The notes: generated by a model from the letters alone, not told the origin. Positions 13,895 to 28,595 are shown, numbered from the stretch's first letter. The stretch is DNA of 64,000 nt from Eledone cirrhosa (GCA_964016885.1 OZ024760.1:26102001-26166000), one strand, 5' to 3'. Numbers and translations: made by a program.

Positions 13895-14315
13895 ATAATA
13901 TATTGAGAAACACACAGATACATGCAGACACACACATATACATGAATATATCCACATCCATCCTTGAGTTAATGGTGCCAACCTTAACCGATGTTGCTCT
14001 ATGAATAACTGGGACAAACCAACCCGAATGGATTAGACTGAACCCGTATTAGAGCTAAAAGTACATTATGAAGAGAGAAGAAACATTTAGATATAATTAG
14101 TAATAAGATGTATCATACCTAAACAGTTTCTAGATTCCTCGACTACGTAGTTTCGTGGCATAATCAAAAACAATACATCATAGAGATATAGAGCTTTTGT
14201 GAGGTCTGCTGACTTATCAAGAGGATACCTCATTTTACTAGCAGTCACTACACTTCAAAGATTACTCGACCAGGGGGAGTTATAAACAATATATTGAGAA
14301 ACACACAGATACATA
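13895..14315 (-). mobile_element. pLTR-like element with terminal direct repeat and degenerate hammerhead
   Basis: tattgagaaacacacagatacat at 13901 and 14292. Minus strand 14225-14136 reads tcctc-TTGATAA-...-GAAA-ctacgtag-TC-gagga. Confidence 0.55.
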
Positions 14316-14327
14316 TATATATATATA

Positions 14328-15860
14328 AATATCTTTAAGTCGTTTGGAAGCCTCGACAATGCAAATGGGTAAATCTCCGGGTAACAAGGTCCGGTGGTGG
14401 AGAGAGAGATGTAAGTGGGTGTACGTTGAGATGCGTGATGTGTATAAGATGTGTGAGATGTGTAGAATGAAGGGAAGAGTATAAAGGATAAAATTAAAAT
14501 AACAACACAAGAGAGAGTTACCTTGGAAGAGATTTAATAGTCCCTATATATTTCGGATTCACATCCATCAACCGGGGTTTTTTCCGGGGTGGGGGAAAAG
14601 GTTGTCTGTCGGACAAGTGCGGAACGCGTCCTTCGCTGTTTGTTGTTTTGAATATCTGAGGTATTCGGCAGAGCGCGCGTGCGCGTGAAATGGGGTCGGT
14701 CGTACAGAGGTCAGCGGCCGAATGAGGGAGTGGGATGGCGCTAGCTGTCAGTCCATTCTCTGCCTGTTTGTTAAATGTTACTGTGTGTGTGTGTGCGTGT
14801 GTTGTTGTCTCGCTTGAGTGTGTGTGTGTGTGTGCGTGTGTTGTTGCCTTGTTCCTCTGTATTGGCAGTGTAGTATGTTCGTATGGTGGAATGCTACTGT
14901 GTGTGTGTGTGTGTAGTTGTCTCGTTTGCGTGTGTGTGTGTGCGTGTGTTGTGTGTTGTTGCATCGCTTGTTAACTTAAACCAGCCATCTCATTTCGCTT
15001 CTCTCTGATCGGTTGTTTATTTGCGGTTGCAGTCGTTTGATAAAAAGCGCTTCCTTGATATGTAACGTGCCGACGTTTCTTTCAGTCGCTAGAATTGTGA
15101 CAATGGGCCTTCCGTCTTTGTTTCCGCATTTGTCTATGTGTTTCCGGAAAGACGAGGCCCAGGTTTTAGTGTGTTCCTTGGTCCGGATGTGCAAAGATCG
15201 AATTGTGCTACCTATGTAGTATTGGTTGCACCTGTCATATTCTATCTTATACACGACGTATGTGCGTAGGCAACAGTTCGCATGGCGTATCGGGCAGTCT
15301 CTGAGGGAGCATGCGTCAGTAGATTTTTTGTGTTGTTATTTTTATTTTATCCTTTATACTCTTCCCTTCATTCTACACATCTCACACATCTTATACACAC
15401 CACGCATCTCAACGTACACCCACTTACATCTCTCTCTCCACCACCGGACCTTGTTACCCGGAGATTTACCCATTTGCATTGTCGAGGCTTCCAAACGGCT
15501 TAAAGATATTTACTTATTGTTCCACAATGCTTCAAGCAAACTTCAATACTCTCTTATCCTTACACCTGAGCCAGGAATTGTTTGCATCCGTAAGGGAACT
15601 GTTTAGACTGTCGGACAAATGGGCCAACGCTGGCTGCCAAATTATTTTCCTGAAACGCTGCCTAAAAAACGATGTCATCCCCAACACCATCAAGAACATC
15701 CGCTTACCAGTAAGCCTACGTACACCAGCCTTCCAAAACACCACTAACCGCATACATCGCACGTGTATTAAACAGATCCTGAGACATCTCAACCTCCAAT
15801 TACACGTCCATAAGCGGACACTCTCAGCGGACACATCGACTGCCAATAGCACCCAAACTG
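14328..15860. mobile_element. Penelope-like element with inverted pLTR arrangement
   Basis: Minus strand has the GIY-YIG C-terminus, a 3'UTR, a hammerhead-like motif (14541-14578) and a pLTR (14328-14510). An inverted pLTR copy at about 15326-15511 leads on the plus strand into an ORF N-terminus (MLQANF...IIFLKRCLKNDVIP). Confidence 0.8.
14976..15320 (-). pseudogene. GIY-YIG endonuclease C-terminus of a Penelope-like element
   Basis: VYKIEYDRCNQYYIGSTIRSLHIRTKEH...LHIKEALFIKRLQPQINNRSE: GIY-YIG motifs with conserved R, E and N. Confidence 0.85.
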
Positions 15861-16093
15861 TCAGAGCTAGTGAAAATATATGCTATTTTCAAAAATACAC
15901 AATGACTGATCGGCCTGATTTGCATATTAGCAGACTTGCTGATCAGTCATATCTGCATATTAGCAGATCCACTGATCAGCCAGATTTGCATATCAGCAGA
16001 CTAGCCAGTCAGTTTCCTGTATAAGAGCCCTAAATGGCGGGCTTTGCCATATTCAAATAGAAAAGAAAATTTTCGGCTAGAACAGTTAAAAGA

Positions 16094-16742
<649 letters not shown>

Positions 16743-16782
16743 CATACATACACACATACTTATATAATATATATATATATAA

Positions 16783-16856
<74 letters not shown>

Positions 16857-16857
<1 letters not shown>

Positions 16858-16988
16858 CAAAGGAATTGTGGGTAAGGAGCTAGATGGACCATAACGCACC
16901 AGAGTACTAAATACTTAGGGTAGTAGTGTGGGAAATCGGAAATAGCCGTCGAAACGACTTGAGCTCTGCCGTCGGGGTCATACTTTTT

Positions 16989-17079
<91 letters not shown>

Positions 17080-17208
17080 CAAAGGAATTGTGGTAAGGAA
17101 CCAGATGGACCATAACGCACCAGAGTACTCAATACTTAGGTAGTAGAGTGGGAAATCGGAAATAGTCGTCGAAACGGCTTGAACTCTGCCGTTGGGGTCA
17201 TCATTTTT

Positions 17209-17210
<2 letters not shown>
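16857..17210. mobile_element. Two ccccgacggc-family elements in (TA)n
   Basis: acaaaggaattgtgg...gaaatag.cgtcgaaacg.cttga.ctctgccgt.ggggtc at 16857-16990 and 17078-17210. Confidence 0.8.
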
Positions 17211-17288
<78 letters not shown>

Positions 17289-17427
17289 AACAGTAAAATT
17301 TAATTGGCATCAAAGATTTAATGCATCTTAAAACTGACTACTGCTTCTTTCTGCAAGTCAAAGGATTTGTCAGAGTTATAAAAACATTTAATATTAAATT
17401 ATACAGAAATATATGTATATATATTAC

Positions 17428-17534
17428 TTGTTTTCGTCGTTGAGACCCAGCCGTCCTATATAAGTTATTGCAGCACCAATAAATTTTTCCTCTGTTTTAT
17501 TCAAAACTTCTTCCATATGGTGAATTAAAGGAAT
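17428..17534 (-). CDS. Exon of host gene (DUF885-like), fourth visible
   Basis: ctacag|IPLIHHMEEVLNKTEEKFIGAAITYIGRLGLNDEN+2 nt|gtaata; 107 nt; the phase-0 start matches the end of exon 22325. Confidence 0.7.
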
Positions 17535-17622
17535 CTGTAGTGATAGAATGTAGAAATGTATATAACATTGCATATAGACATAGATATACACATACATGCA
17601 TAATATATTTATATATACACTT

Positions 17623-18812
17623 CATCATCATCATCATCAACGTTTAACGTCCGTGTTCCACGCTTGCATGGGTTTGGACGGGGGTAGTCCCACTTGAGGC
17701 AAGAGTGATTTTCTTGCTCGCATAGGACTGTCTGGCAGGTTTTCTACAGTTGGATGCCCTTCCTAACACCAACCACATTTACAGTGTGGGTCTGGGAGGT
17801 TTTTACCGTGTTGCCTACACGGCCACATTACAGCGTGGTCTGTGTGTTTTTTTGTCGTGACACCTACACGATCTCATTTGTTTCGGCCTGGATGGTGTGG
17901 CACCAACACAACTTTACATAGAACGGGGTGGCGTGGATGAGGTGGGGGTGGTGGGACGGGTATTTTGTTAGAGATGCCTACTGGCTGTAGTAGGTTTTAC
18001 TATGTATTTAGGTAAGGCGGGTCTTCTCTGTTACTGAGTACCGCCAAAGGTCTCGGTCCAGTGACATTGTCTTGGAGAGGTGTAAGTGTGTGAGGTCGGA
18101 GTTTATCAGCTCGTCCCAGGTTTTTCTAGGTCTGCCTATTCCGTGGCTACCGTCTATCTTTATTGCCCTGCACTTTGTTATACATCTATCGACTTTCATG
18201 CGCATCACGTGTCCATACCAACGTAGCCTTCTCTCGAGTAAACAACATCTGATCCCTCTTATTTCTAATTTTCTCCTTAGTTCGTTTATGCTTTGCCGTT
18301 CACGTATATTACTGTTACACATCCAGCGGAGCATGCAAGCTTCGTTCCTCTCTAGTCTGCGTATATCGTCTGCACACAATGCCCAGGTCTCACTGCCATG
18401 CAACATTGCTGTTCGTATGCAGGCATCGTACAACCTGCCTTTCATTTTTAGGGAGAACCCTTTAGCAGCTAATAGTGGTATAAGCTCTCTGAACTTTTTC
18501 CAACCAGTTCTGACTCTAGCTACTGTACTTTCAGAGCACCCTCCCCCACTGCTGATTTTATCACCCAGGTAACGGAAACTGTCCACTATTTCTATAGAAC
18601 CCTCTGCGCAATTGAAAGAGCTAGTATTTTGTGGGCACTTGCTGCTACTTATTGCACCAGAGCACCGGCCACATGTAAAATCTATGTTCTTAGTTAGCTT
18701 ACCTGTGATCCCACTACATCTTTTATGCACCCATACTTTGCATTTAGGACATAAAAATGGAGTTTCTACCTACGCCTTTCCTACACACTGAGCACGACCA
18801 TTTCCCAGAAGG
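17623..18812 (-). mobile_element. RTE-clade LINE, 5'-truncated, with PHD-like finger and (GAT)n tail
   Basis: [24 protein letters not shown], then FRYLGD, MLHGSETW, RRLRWYGHVMRM and GRPRKTW; the 3'UTR ends in catcatcat on the plus strand. Confidence 0.9.
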
Positions 18813-18843
18813 ATATATATGAATATATATGTATATATATATG

Positions 18844-18935
<92 letters not shown>

Positions 18936-19413
18936 GCGGCGATGAATTAGTTTTGCGAGGTTTTTTATATGAAATCGTGTGTCGAAACACACTAGTCACA
19001 CATCACACATAACACTATACACACACGCAAACGCATGCGCAGAGAAGACAAAATAAAATAAGATAAGCAAACAAGCAAATAAATAAATAAATATATAGAC
19101 AGACTGAACAAAAAAATGGCGTAGACATACAACACAACAGGAGGAACAATGAATATAACACCACTGACGATGTTGCAGATGTGCAACGAAAGATTTATTT
19201 AAATTATGTAAACTATATATATATGTGTTTGTCTATATTGTATCTGTATTATTTTTGACCGCCGGTCAGTCAATGGCAACATTGAGGACCGAGTAAGTTA
19301 GATCGCAGATATGTATATATAAAAGACAGCGAGAAGCGAAAACCAACCAAACAGTGAGTGTGTTCTGTTATTAATTCTGGCAATATTACGCAAATATGAC
19401 CCTCCCCAAATAT

Positions 19414-19483
<70 letters not shown>

Positions 19484-19550
19484 TATATATATACACGCAT
19501 ACATATATATATATACATATATACACACATATTTATATAATTATATACGG

Positions 19551-19637
<87 letters not shown>

Positions 19638-19647
19638 TGTAATCATA

Positions 19648-19680
<33 letters not shown>

Positions 19681-19957
19681 GCATACATACATATATATAT
19701 GTGTGTATATACGTTTAAATTTGTAGCTGTTGTTGTTGATGATGTTGTTGTTGTTATAGTTATTTTTGTTGTTATTGTTGCTGTTGTTGTTGTTGTTGTT
19801 GTCGCAGTAAACAGTAAAAGCAGTCAATTTCCACATTATCCTGGTTCTGTTAAACTACGACATTACACTAACATGTCACTACCGCCCTCCAAATGTGACC
19901 AACTACGCTTGTTTTCTCTTCTGCCTCCTTCCGCCATTTAATTCCCGTCAACAACTT

Positions 19958-19998
<41 letters not shown>

Positions 19999-20076
19999 CC
20001 ACTAACACTATAACATAATCGTTAACCACAGAGCGAAGTCTGACTCCATATATATATATATATATATATGTGTGTG

Positions 20077-20163
<87 letters not shown>

Positions 20164-20164
20164 G

Positions 20165-20254
<90 letters not shown>

Positions 20255-20276
20255 TATAAATACATACATACACACA

Positions 20277-20336
<60 letters not shown>

Positions 20337-20343
20337 GTATATG

Positions 20344-20411
<68 letters not shown>

Positions 20412-20433
20412 TAAATACATACATACACACATA

Positions 20434-20518
<85 letters not shown>

Positions 20519-20519
<1 letters not shown>

Positions 20520-20678
20520 ACAAAGGAATTGTGGTAAGGAACCAGATGGACCATAACGCACCAGAGTACTCAATACTTAGGGTAGTAGAGTGGGAAATAG
20601 AAACATGTTTAACCTCGACGACAGAGTTCAAGCCGTTTCGACGGCTTGAGTTCTGCCGTCGGGGTTAAACATGTTTCT
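20519..20678. mobile_element. ccccgacggc-family fold-back element
   Basis: Tail followed by the palindrome gaaacatgtttaacc...gacggcttgagttctgccgtcggggttaaacatgtttc, in (TA)n. Confidence 0.8.
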
Positions 20679-20780
20679 ATATATATATATGGTCGTATGG
20701 TCTTCTAAATGTCTTTAATTAAACATACGATATATTGCCAAATATACTATACATATATTCGGAGTTAAATATTATATTAA

Positions 20781-20811
<31 letters not shown>

Positions 20812-20814
20812 CGA

Positions 20815-21028
20815 CAGTCGATCGACTCTCGTCAAATCGGACCGAGGAATCAATGTGTCCGTTGGTCTTTCTCATTGCTAGTACTATCTATCGGACGCAG
20901 GTAGAAGGAGCAACGTGAAATAAAGTGTCTTGCTCAAGGACATAACGCATCGCCCGGTGCGGGAATCGAACTCACAATCCAACGATTGCGAATCCAATTC
21001 TCTAACCACTCAGCCACACACCTTCACA
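20815..21028 (-). mobile_element. tRNA-derived CORE-like SINE
   Basis: Reverse complement of the 22698-22916 SINE; another copy at about 21910-22128. Confidence 0.75.
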
Positions 21029-21498
21029 TTACGTAGTATAGGTAGAAATTGTAAGAACTTTTGATTGAATACTTACGATCGATACGTTATGCATTGTTCG
21101 ATTTAAAGATATCGCCTGCTGCATTAAATCTTTATATTCTGACATCTAGAAATATAGAGACAAAGGTTGAATTTAGACGTGTGATTCCTTGTGGTGTCAT
21201 CTGAGAGAGAGAGAGAGAGGGGGTGGCTACTTATATATATATAGAGAGAAGGCCGTCGCTACTCAGCGAGAGAGAGAGAGAGAGAGAGAGATAAAGAGAG
21301 AGAGGCCGTGGCTACTCATAGAGAGAGAGAGGTGGCTACTCAGGGAGAGAGAGAGAGGGGTGGGATAGAAAAGAGAGAAAGAAACAGAAAGAAAGAGAGA
21401 GCATAGAAAGAGAGGGAGGAGCAAAGAGAGAAACAAACAGAGAAAGGGAGAGAGACAGAGAGAGTGAGAGAGAGAAAGGAGAGACAGAATGAGTGTAT

Positions 21499-21529
<31 letters not shown>

Positions 21530-21566
21530 CGAAAGGGAGCATAAAAGGAGCGGGAGAGAAACAAAC

Positions 21567-21632
<66 letters not shown>

Positions 21633-22324
21633 GGAGCATAAAAGGAGCGGGAGAGAAACAAACAGAGAAAGAGAGAGTGAGAGAGACAGAATTACGCAAA
21701 AATAAATTGAAGATCAGAAAGACCAGCTGGTACAATCCGTCATTGAGCTCAAACATTTCTACACATTGATTTTTAACTTAAGGAACGGAGCCATTAAATT
21801 GGGGGTAAGAGCAATATTGATTAAATCAACCCAAGTGCTTTAATCTGTCGACCCCGGAATAAGGAAATGATGTGTTGACGTCGGTGTGATTTGGACTCAG
21901 AATATTAAAGGAACGATCGACATTCGTCAAATCGGACCGAGGAAACAATGTTTCCATTGCTATTTCCAATTGCTAATACTATTTATCGGTCGCAACTCCA
22001 GGTAGAAGGAGCAACGTGAAATAAAGTGTCTTGCTCAAGGACATAACAAATCGCCCGGTCGGGGAATCAAAATTACAACCTCACGATTGCGAATCCAATT
22101 CTCTAACCAGTCAGCCACACGCCTTCACTTCAGAATATAAAGTGCCAGAAGAAATACCACAAAGGGATTTTATCCGACGTTCTACCAATTCTGCTAATAA
22201 CCACCCGGCATATCTCCAGAAGTTCCTCTCACTGAAATGTTGAAGTTTTTTTCTCATTAAACAGTATCAAGGAAGAGTGATCTCCCCTCGTGAAATCATT
22301 TTACGTCTGCCTATATCTTCTTAC

Positions 22325-22463
22325 CTTGTCTGGAATCGAATCGATAATTTTGAGGACTTTGTTCAGATCTTCCAAAGTTGAATTGGGACCCATAGACGCG
22401 AACAAACCTAAAATTGGATAAGGCTTCGCTTCCAGAAATGACATTGGTGTCAATGCGCCATAT
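22325..22463 (-). CDS. Exon of host gene (DUF885-like), third visible
   Basis: Polypyrimidine-ctacag|A+YGALTPMSFLEAKPYPILGLFASMGPNSTLEDLNKVLKIIDSIPDK|gtaaga; 139 nt, phase 2 to 0. Confidence 0.8.
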
Positions 22464-22697
22464 CTGTAGCGAAGGAGAATAAAAGAGATTAAAAAAAAAA
22501 GATAAACACTGCTACTTGTATTAAGTACGCTTTCTTCTGTTTGTATGTGCCCAACCCAACACACACACACACACACACACACACAAAGAGAGAGAGAGAG
22601 ACACAGACACACACACACACACACACACACTCTCTCTCTATCTATCTCTCTCACACACACACAGACACACACGCACACTCATATATATATATTATTC

Positions 22698-22916
22698 CGT
22701 GAGGCGTGTGGCTGAGTGGTAAGAGAATTGGATTTGCAATCGTGAGGTTGTGAGTTCAATTCCCGGACCGAGTGATGCGTTATGTCCTTGAGCAAGACAC
22801 TTTATTTCACGTTGCTCCTTCTACCCGGAGTTGCGACCGATAGATAGTACTAGCAACTGGAAAGACCAATGGAAACATTGTTTCCTCGGTCCAATTTGAC
22901 GAAAGTCAATCGTTCC
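22698..22916 (+). mobile_element. tRNA-derived CORE-like SINE
   Basis: A box tggctgagtgg, B box gagttcaattcc, and CORE-like gtccttgagcaagacacttta. Confidence 0.8.
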
Positions 22917-22939
22917 TATATATATATATATATATATAC

Positions 22940-22986
<47 letters not shown>

Positions 22987-22989
22987 TAT

Positions 22990-23042
<53 letters not shown>

Positions 23043-24041
23043 CAGTGTTACTTGATCAAGCAGTCGTCTTACTTTTGTGTAATCAGGTGTAAGCACTCCT
23101 CCATGACGTGGGTACAATAATGTGTCAGACAGGTGTCAAAATTATAAAGATTAAGAGAGGCGGTATCAGCTGTATATCTTCAGTCTATAACAGCATCCTG
23201 TTATGCACATTTCAAAGACATTAAAGTTGTTGTGTAACAATTATTTGATGTGTTGTCATTTGGCAAGTGTTTAGATGTAGCGTTATTTTGGTTTTGTTTT
23301 TGATATAATCACCGAAATATGGAACATGTTGGCTAGTTTGCCTTTCAATTCATTTGGAGTCAAGATAATAAAGTCCCAGTCAAAACCTGAGTGGGATCGA
23401 TACTAGGTACTTTCCTTTTCTCCTTAACATTGCTGATAGTGTGCCAAAATTGGAGACAATGATGATGTTTGAGGGAAGAGGTGGATCTACAGAATCGGTA
23501 GAGCGCCGGGCAAAATGCTTTATGGCATTTACTTAAGACATTCTACGTTCTAAGCTCAAATAATGCAAAGGTTGACATTGCCATTCTGGAGCCTTTAAAA
23601 TGATATCCCAGTCAAATTAGTCTCAAGTCTAAATTTTGTCTCGTGAATGGAGGCTCATCAGGCCACTACTTGTTCCGTTTTCCGTGACGTCAAGTGATTG
23701 TGAGTACATTACTTCCCTCTGAAAAGAACGCTAGTCCATCACAGGATTAAATCCCCTAGATGTTGCTGGTAAAACGACTCAAGAGCACAACACACAACCC
23801 AGTCCAGGAATCGAACCTACGACGTTATGATCGTCCAACACCCTGACCACTAGGCTGCGGGCTTCCACTGCGGTCTATAAAATAATCAACCAATCAATCT
23901 ACAAGGGCCGATATAATCGACTTTCCTTTAAACCCCACTACCACCACCACCACCACAAAAAAAACTTCTGGCCTTGTGTCAAAATTAGAAATTGTTAAAG
24001 CGATTGTGGTTGAGTATTCATTTCCAGAGATACTTGTACTA

Positions 24042-24716
24042 TCATAATACAATAAAGTAAAGAGTGCGGGACTGCGTCCTGAATATATTTTTTTATCCCG
24101 TTAGTAAAATAAGTCGGATTACTTTGAATAAATAATTGTTTCTACTTTTGGCACAAGGCCAGCAATTACCCAGTGCATTACTGGTACTTTATTTTATCGA
24201 CCCCGTAAGGATGAAAGGCAAAGTTAACCTCGGCGGGATTTGAACTCAGATCATACAGGGAGGTAACTCTATGCTTCAAAGCATGGCATCCGACCCTCTA
24301 CCGATACTGCCAATCCACATGAATATTACATAATTTATGTACTAAATTTCGTAGCTGTTGATTAAACATAAATATTGTTATGATTGCTTATTTTAAGATT
24401 TACTTCTCTTAAAATTTTCAAATGTCAATACTTCCGGTTATGATATAACGGACGCTATATCATATCGCTTGTATAAATGTTCATTTATTTGCATACGTCC
24501 CTTTACGGTCTGAGTTCAAATCCCGCCAAGGTTAACTTTGCCTTTCATCCTTACGGCGTCGATAAAATAAAGTACCAGTAATGTACTGGGTAATTTGCTG
24601 GCCTTGTGCCAAAAGTAGAAACAGTTATATCATAACGTTTATATTTGCATATAATATCAATATGCACACTACACATGCTAGCAGAAAGCCGCCCAAAGGG
24701 TTGTTTTTTCTACTAG
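24042..24716 (+). mobile_element. Probable non-autonomous Helitron carrying two SINE insertions (copy without them at about 29843-30319)
   Basis: Paralogous to 29843-30319. Both end in a short hairpin followed by CTAG|t (24713-16; 30316-19). SINEs at about 24130-24320 (minus) and 24495-24625 (plus) are absent from the second copy. Confidence 0.5.
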
Positions 24717-25237
24717 TTTACATAATATAACCAGCGCGAAATATATGCTAGCCGCATTGCCCCGAGACGTAGTCGTAAATTTGTAACGTTATCCCAGAAT
24801 AAACACACTCTTCCCTGGTAAAAGAGCACATTATCAACAACCACCACATCCTGTTATCTCATTTCAACCCCATGTTTCACTACATCACAATTTGACTCCT
24901 TATCATGTAATCACCTGAGTAATCTATACCTGTCAGACTAATCAATCGCCTTCTTGTTAGATATATATTTTTGTTGACATTATCACCACTGGTATGTGTG
25001 TATGTGTGTGTGTGTGTGTGTGTATGCATGTATGTATGTATGTATGTATGTATGTATGTATGTATGTATGTATGTATGTATGTATGTATGTATGTATGTA
25101 TGTATGTATGTATGTATGTATGTATGCATGTGTTTATATATATATTATTATATATACATATACGTGTATGTGTGTATGTATATGTACACATACATGTATA
25201 TCTATATACATATACATATATATATATATATATATGT

Positions 25238-25771
25238 AGAAAAATCTACCAAAAGTTTACGGTAGTGTCCAATCCGTATGAAGAACTCAATGTAATCCGG
25301 ATATCATGAAAAGAGAAGATGCATTCAAAAACTACTTTCGGTGAAAAATAAACGGAAAACAGAGTCAAGATAAATTATTAAAAAAATAATGAATAAACAA
25401 AGAAACAGTTCCTTATATTAAAAAAATTTCATTATTTTACGATCGTTTCTAGGATATATATGTGTTAAAGTTGGTATGCATATTCTATAGATCTATGTAC
25501 AATATTTATACAAACTATCAGAGGGAATATACATACCTACACATATATATGCTGTCTTCAGAAATAATCATTATTTCTAAAGACAGCATATATATGTGTA
25601 GGTATGTATATTCCCTCTGATAGTTTGTATAAATATTGTACATAGATCTATAGAATATGCATACCAACTCTAACACATATATACATATATATCCTAGAAA
25701 CGATCGTAAAATAATGAAATTTTTTTTAATATAAGGAACTGCTTCTTTGTTTATTCATTATTTTTTTAATA

Positions 25772-25775
<4 letters not shown>
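25238..25775 (-). mobile_element. Fold-back element with a long-stem-II hammerhead
   Basis: Near-perfect palindrome at about 25373-25775 centred at 25569. Minus-strand hammerhead at 25431-25568; the plus-strand mirror (25570-25715) has CTAAAGA. A related element lies at about 46120-46420. Confidence 0.8.
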
Positions 25776-25858
<83 letters not shown>

Positions 25859-25920
25859 CATACATACATACACACACCACATATATATATATATACATAT
25901 ATTTATACACACACACACAG

Positions 25921-26009
<89 letters not shown>

Positions 26010-26089
26010 TATATATACATATACATACATATATATATACATACATAATACATACATACATGCATACATACATACATACATGTACATAA

Positions 26090-26712
26090 TATAAAAGAGT
26101 ACTGGTGGAATGTTCCAGTAAAAACCCCAATAACATGCAGGCATAACAGACCAGATATTATGATATGGGACAGGGAGAAGAAAGCATGCACAGTAGTGGA
26201 AATTAGCTGCCCAGCAGATGCCAATATAATATCAATGATTAGCGAAAAGGAGAATATTTATGCAGAACTGATGAGAAATCTGCAGATACTCCACCCTGAT
26301 TACACCTTCAGATTTATGCCTGTGATTATTGGGGAACTGGGGTATGTTAGTAACTGCCTCAATACAAAGCTTGAGAAGCTAGGCTTCACAGGAACAGAAA
26401 GAACACAACTAGATAGGAAATTACAAGTACAATCCATTAATGGAACAGTAAAAATATGTAAAATATTCCAAAAATTTTACATCTAATAACTGCATATACA
26501 CATGTACAGATACAAAGCATATACACATGCACACATAAAATTCAAAACATACACATCCATACTTACAATAACATCCATATCTACACATGCATGCATATAT
26601 AATCTACCTAGTTGATGTTGTGTAAATTCCAATGAGAGAGTCTTATGTCTATGTTAGAAACCGACTCTCTCTCTATTGGGAAAAAATTTGTGAAATTATA
26701 AAACCAGAAGAA
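26090..26712 (+). mobile_element. R4/Dong-clade LINE 3' fragment (RLE domain) in (CATA)n
   Basis: [44 protein letters not shown] is a PD-(D/E)xK restriction-like endonuclease; cata repeats flank both sides. Confidence 0.85.
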
Positions 26713-27137
26713 CATACATACATACATGGTGGCTACCAACTCGTTTTCGAGTACGGCCACTACTTTATATCCATGTAGGAGAAACCCTACCGATGCGCTG
26801 AACGAGTGTGACTTTTTAGTCCAGCCAGCGACTTAAAAACTCTGGTACAAACACTACACTTGTGACAATTATTGACACATAGTGCTGGGCCCATGGTACC
26901 ATGTGACAAGTGCAGAGAGATCTCCAGATATAAAGCAATGCCTGTGCCGTGAAGCTTTTATAGTGAGCAAAGGCACTGCACAAAGCCAGTCCCACTCTCT
27001 TAACCAAGATGATATTTACCAAAAAGAAGAACAAGCCAACATCATTGGATACCATCAGGGTTGCAGGTGTTATATCAGAGTTTTCCTTCTCCTAGAATTC
27101 TGCCTTGACAAAGGTTAAGGGGACATACATACATACA

Positions 27138-27246
<109 letters not shown>

Positions 27247-27613
27247 GGTCATACATACATATGTATATATATATACACAAAATATTAACTCGAGTATCGA
27301 GTTTTGAGACGCGAGTATCTTAGAATTCGTAGGAAAATGGAACAAGTCGGCATAAGGATATTGTTAAAGCAGTAAAACGGCGTCGAAATAGTATTGGGTA
27401 TAAGATTACCTCGAAGGATAGAAATCAGTGGTTCGAAGTGAGTTGGCTCGAAGAACCGACACTTCTTATTTATTGTAGGAGATGATTCCCCGAATTTATG
27501 ATCTTGAGGTCCAAACTCTAACTACAGCCCTACGAGCCTTCATTGAACCCTTCAAATGTTCCTCTCTATTTAAGACTGAGATGAAAAAACACAACATTCA
27601 GTTTATAACTTAC

Positions 27614-27744
27614 AAGCGCCATTTATAACCGTCTAACTTCTTCTTTAACATGTCAAGAGTCAGCTTGTATTGTAATTTTCCTTTCTTTGAGAAATGACCA
27701 TCGTTTATCGATTCCAGATGAGATAAAAATTGTGAAACTTTTTT
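27614..27744 (-). CDS. Exon of host gene (DUF885-like), second visible
   Basis: ttcttctttttctag|KKVSQFLSHLESINDGHFSKKGKLQYKLTLDMLKKKLDGYKWR+TT|gtaagt; 131 nt, phase 0 to 2; joins to give DGYKWRLYGALTPMSFLE. Confidence 0.8.
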
Positions 27745-27804
27745 CTAGAAAAAGAAGAATGATAAAATTTGATATATTTTAGTTTATTCTATAAAATACT
27801 GGTT

Positions 27805-28215
27805 TCTTATATGGGCACAAGGCCAGAAATTTTCGGGTAGGGGAAAGTCGGTTAAATCGACATCAGTACATTACTGGTACTGTATTTTATCGACCCCGTA
27901 AGGATGAAAGACAAAGTTAAGCTCGGCGGTTTTTGAACTCAGATCATAAAGGGCAATGCTGCAAAGCATGGTGTCCGACTCTCAACCGATACTGCCAATC
28001 CACCGCCCTCAAAATAATTCGACAAAATAATTGTTTCTACTTTTGGCACAAGGCCAGCAATTCACCCAGTGTATTACTGGTACTTTATTTTATCGACCCC
28101 GTAAGGATGAAAGACAAAGTTAACCCCGGCGGGATTTGAACTCAGACCATAAAGGGCAGTAACTCTTTGCTGCAAAGCATGGCGTCCAACCCTCTACCGA
28201 TACTGCCAATCCAAC
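27805..28215 (-). mobile_element. Two tRNA-derived SINEs with a Meta-like central domain
   Basis: Minus strand: ...gagttcaaatccc.ccg.ggttaacttt.tctttcatccttacggggtcgataaaata.agtaccagt...gccttgtgcc. Confidence 0.8.
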
Positions 28216-28557
28216 AACATAATTATAACATTATAAGAAATAATGAATTTTACTTTAGGCACAATGCCAACAATTTGTGTGGACGGGGAGGTCGGTGAAT
28301 TGTCACAGTCGCTGAGGTGCCGAGGTAGATAAATAAATTGCCAGTCCAGTACTTGGGTCGATTATTTCATATTCTACATCATTTTTTGTCACATTCTCAC
28401 ACTGCCTTTCATTGTAACATCGGCTGCGTTGATAAAACACAGTCACTGAGGAGGTCACAACCAAACGGAAATTTATAATAAATTGAAGTGAAAACCAACA
28501 GGTGCGTGTGTTTTTATTGCCAGATGACCCTCCCAAAGTATAACAATATATATATAC

Positions 28558-28595
<38 letters not shown>

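Noticed and set aside
19161-19200. CTGACGA-t-gttgca(gatg)tgcaac-GAAA hammerhead core; a similar partial core at about 33620-33672 (minus)
   Set aside because: Stem II and core are present but there is no convincing stem I partner after the UH; not counted as intact.
22698-22770. tRNA gene
   Set aside because: A and B boxes are present, but the acceptor stem does not pair and the sequence continues into a CORE-like SINE body found in several copies.
23073-23197. Possible alternative exon with an in-frame TGA (DAVID*RYTADT...LITQ), same phases as exon 27614-27744; selenocysteine idea
   Set aside because: Weak acceptor, no similarity to the other exon and no SECIS seen; exon 27614 already joins 22463 into a family-like motif.
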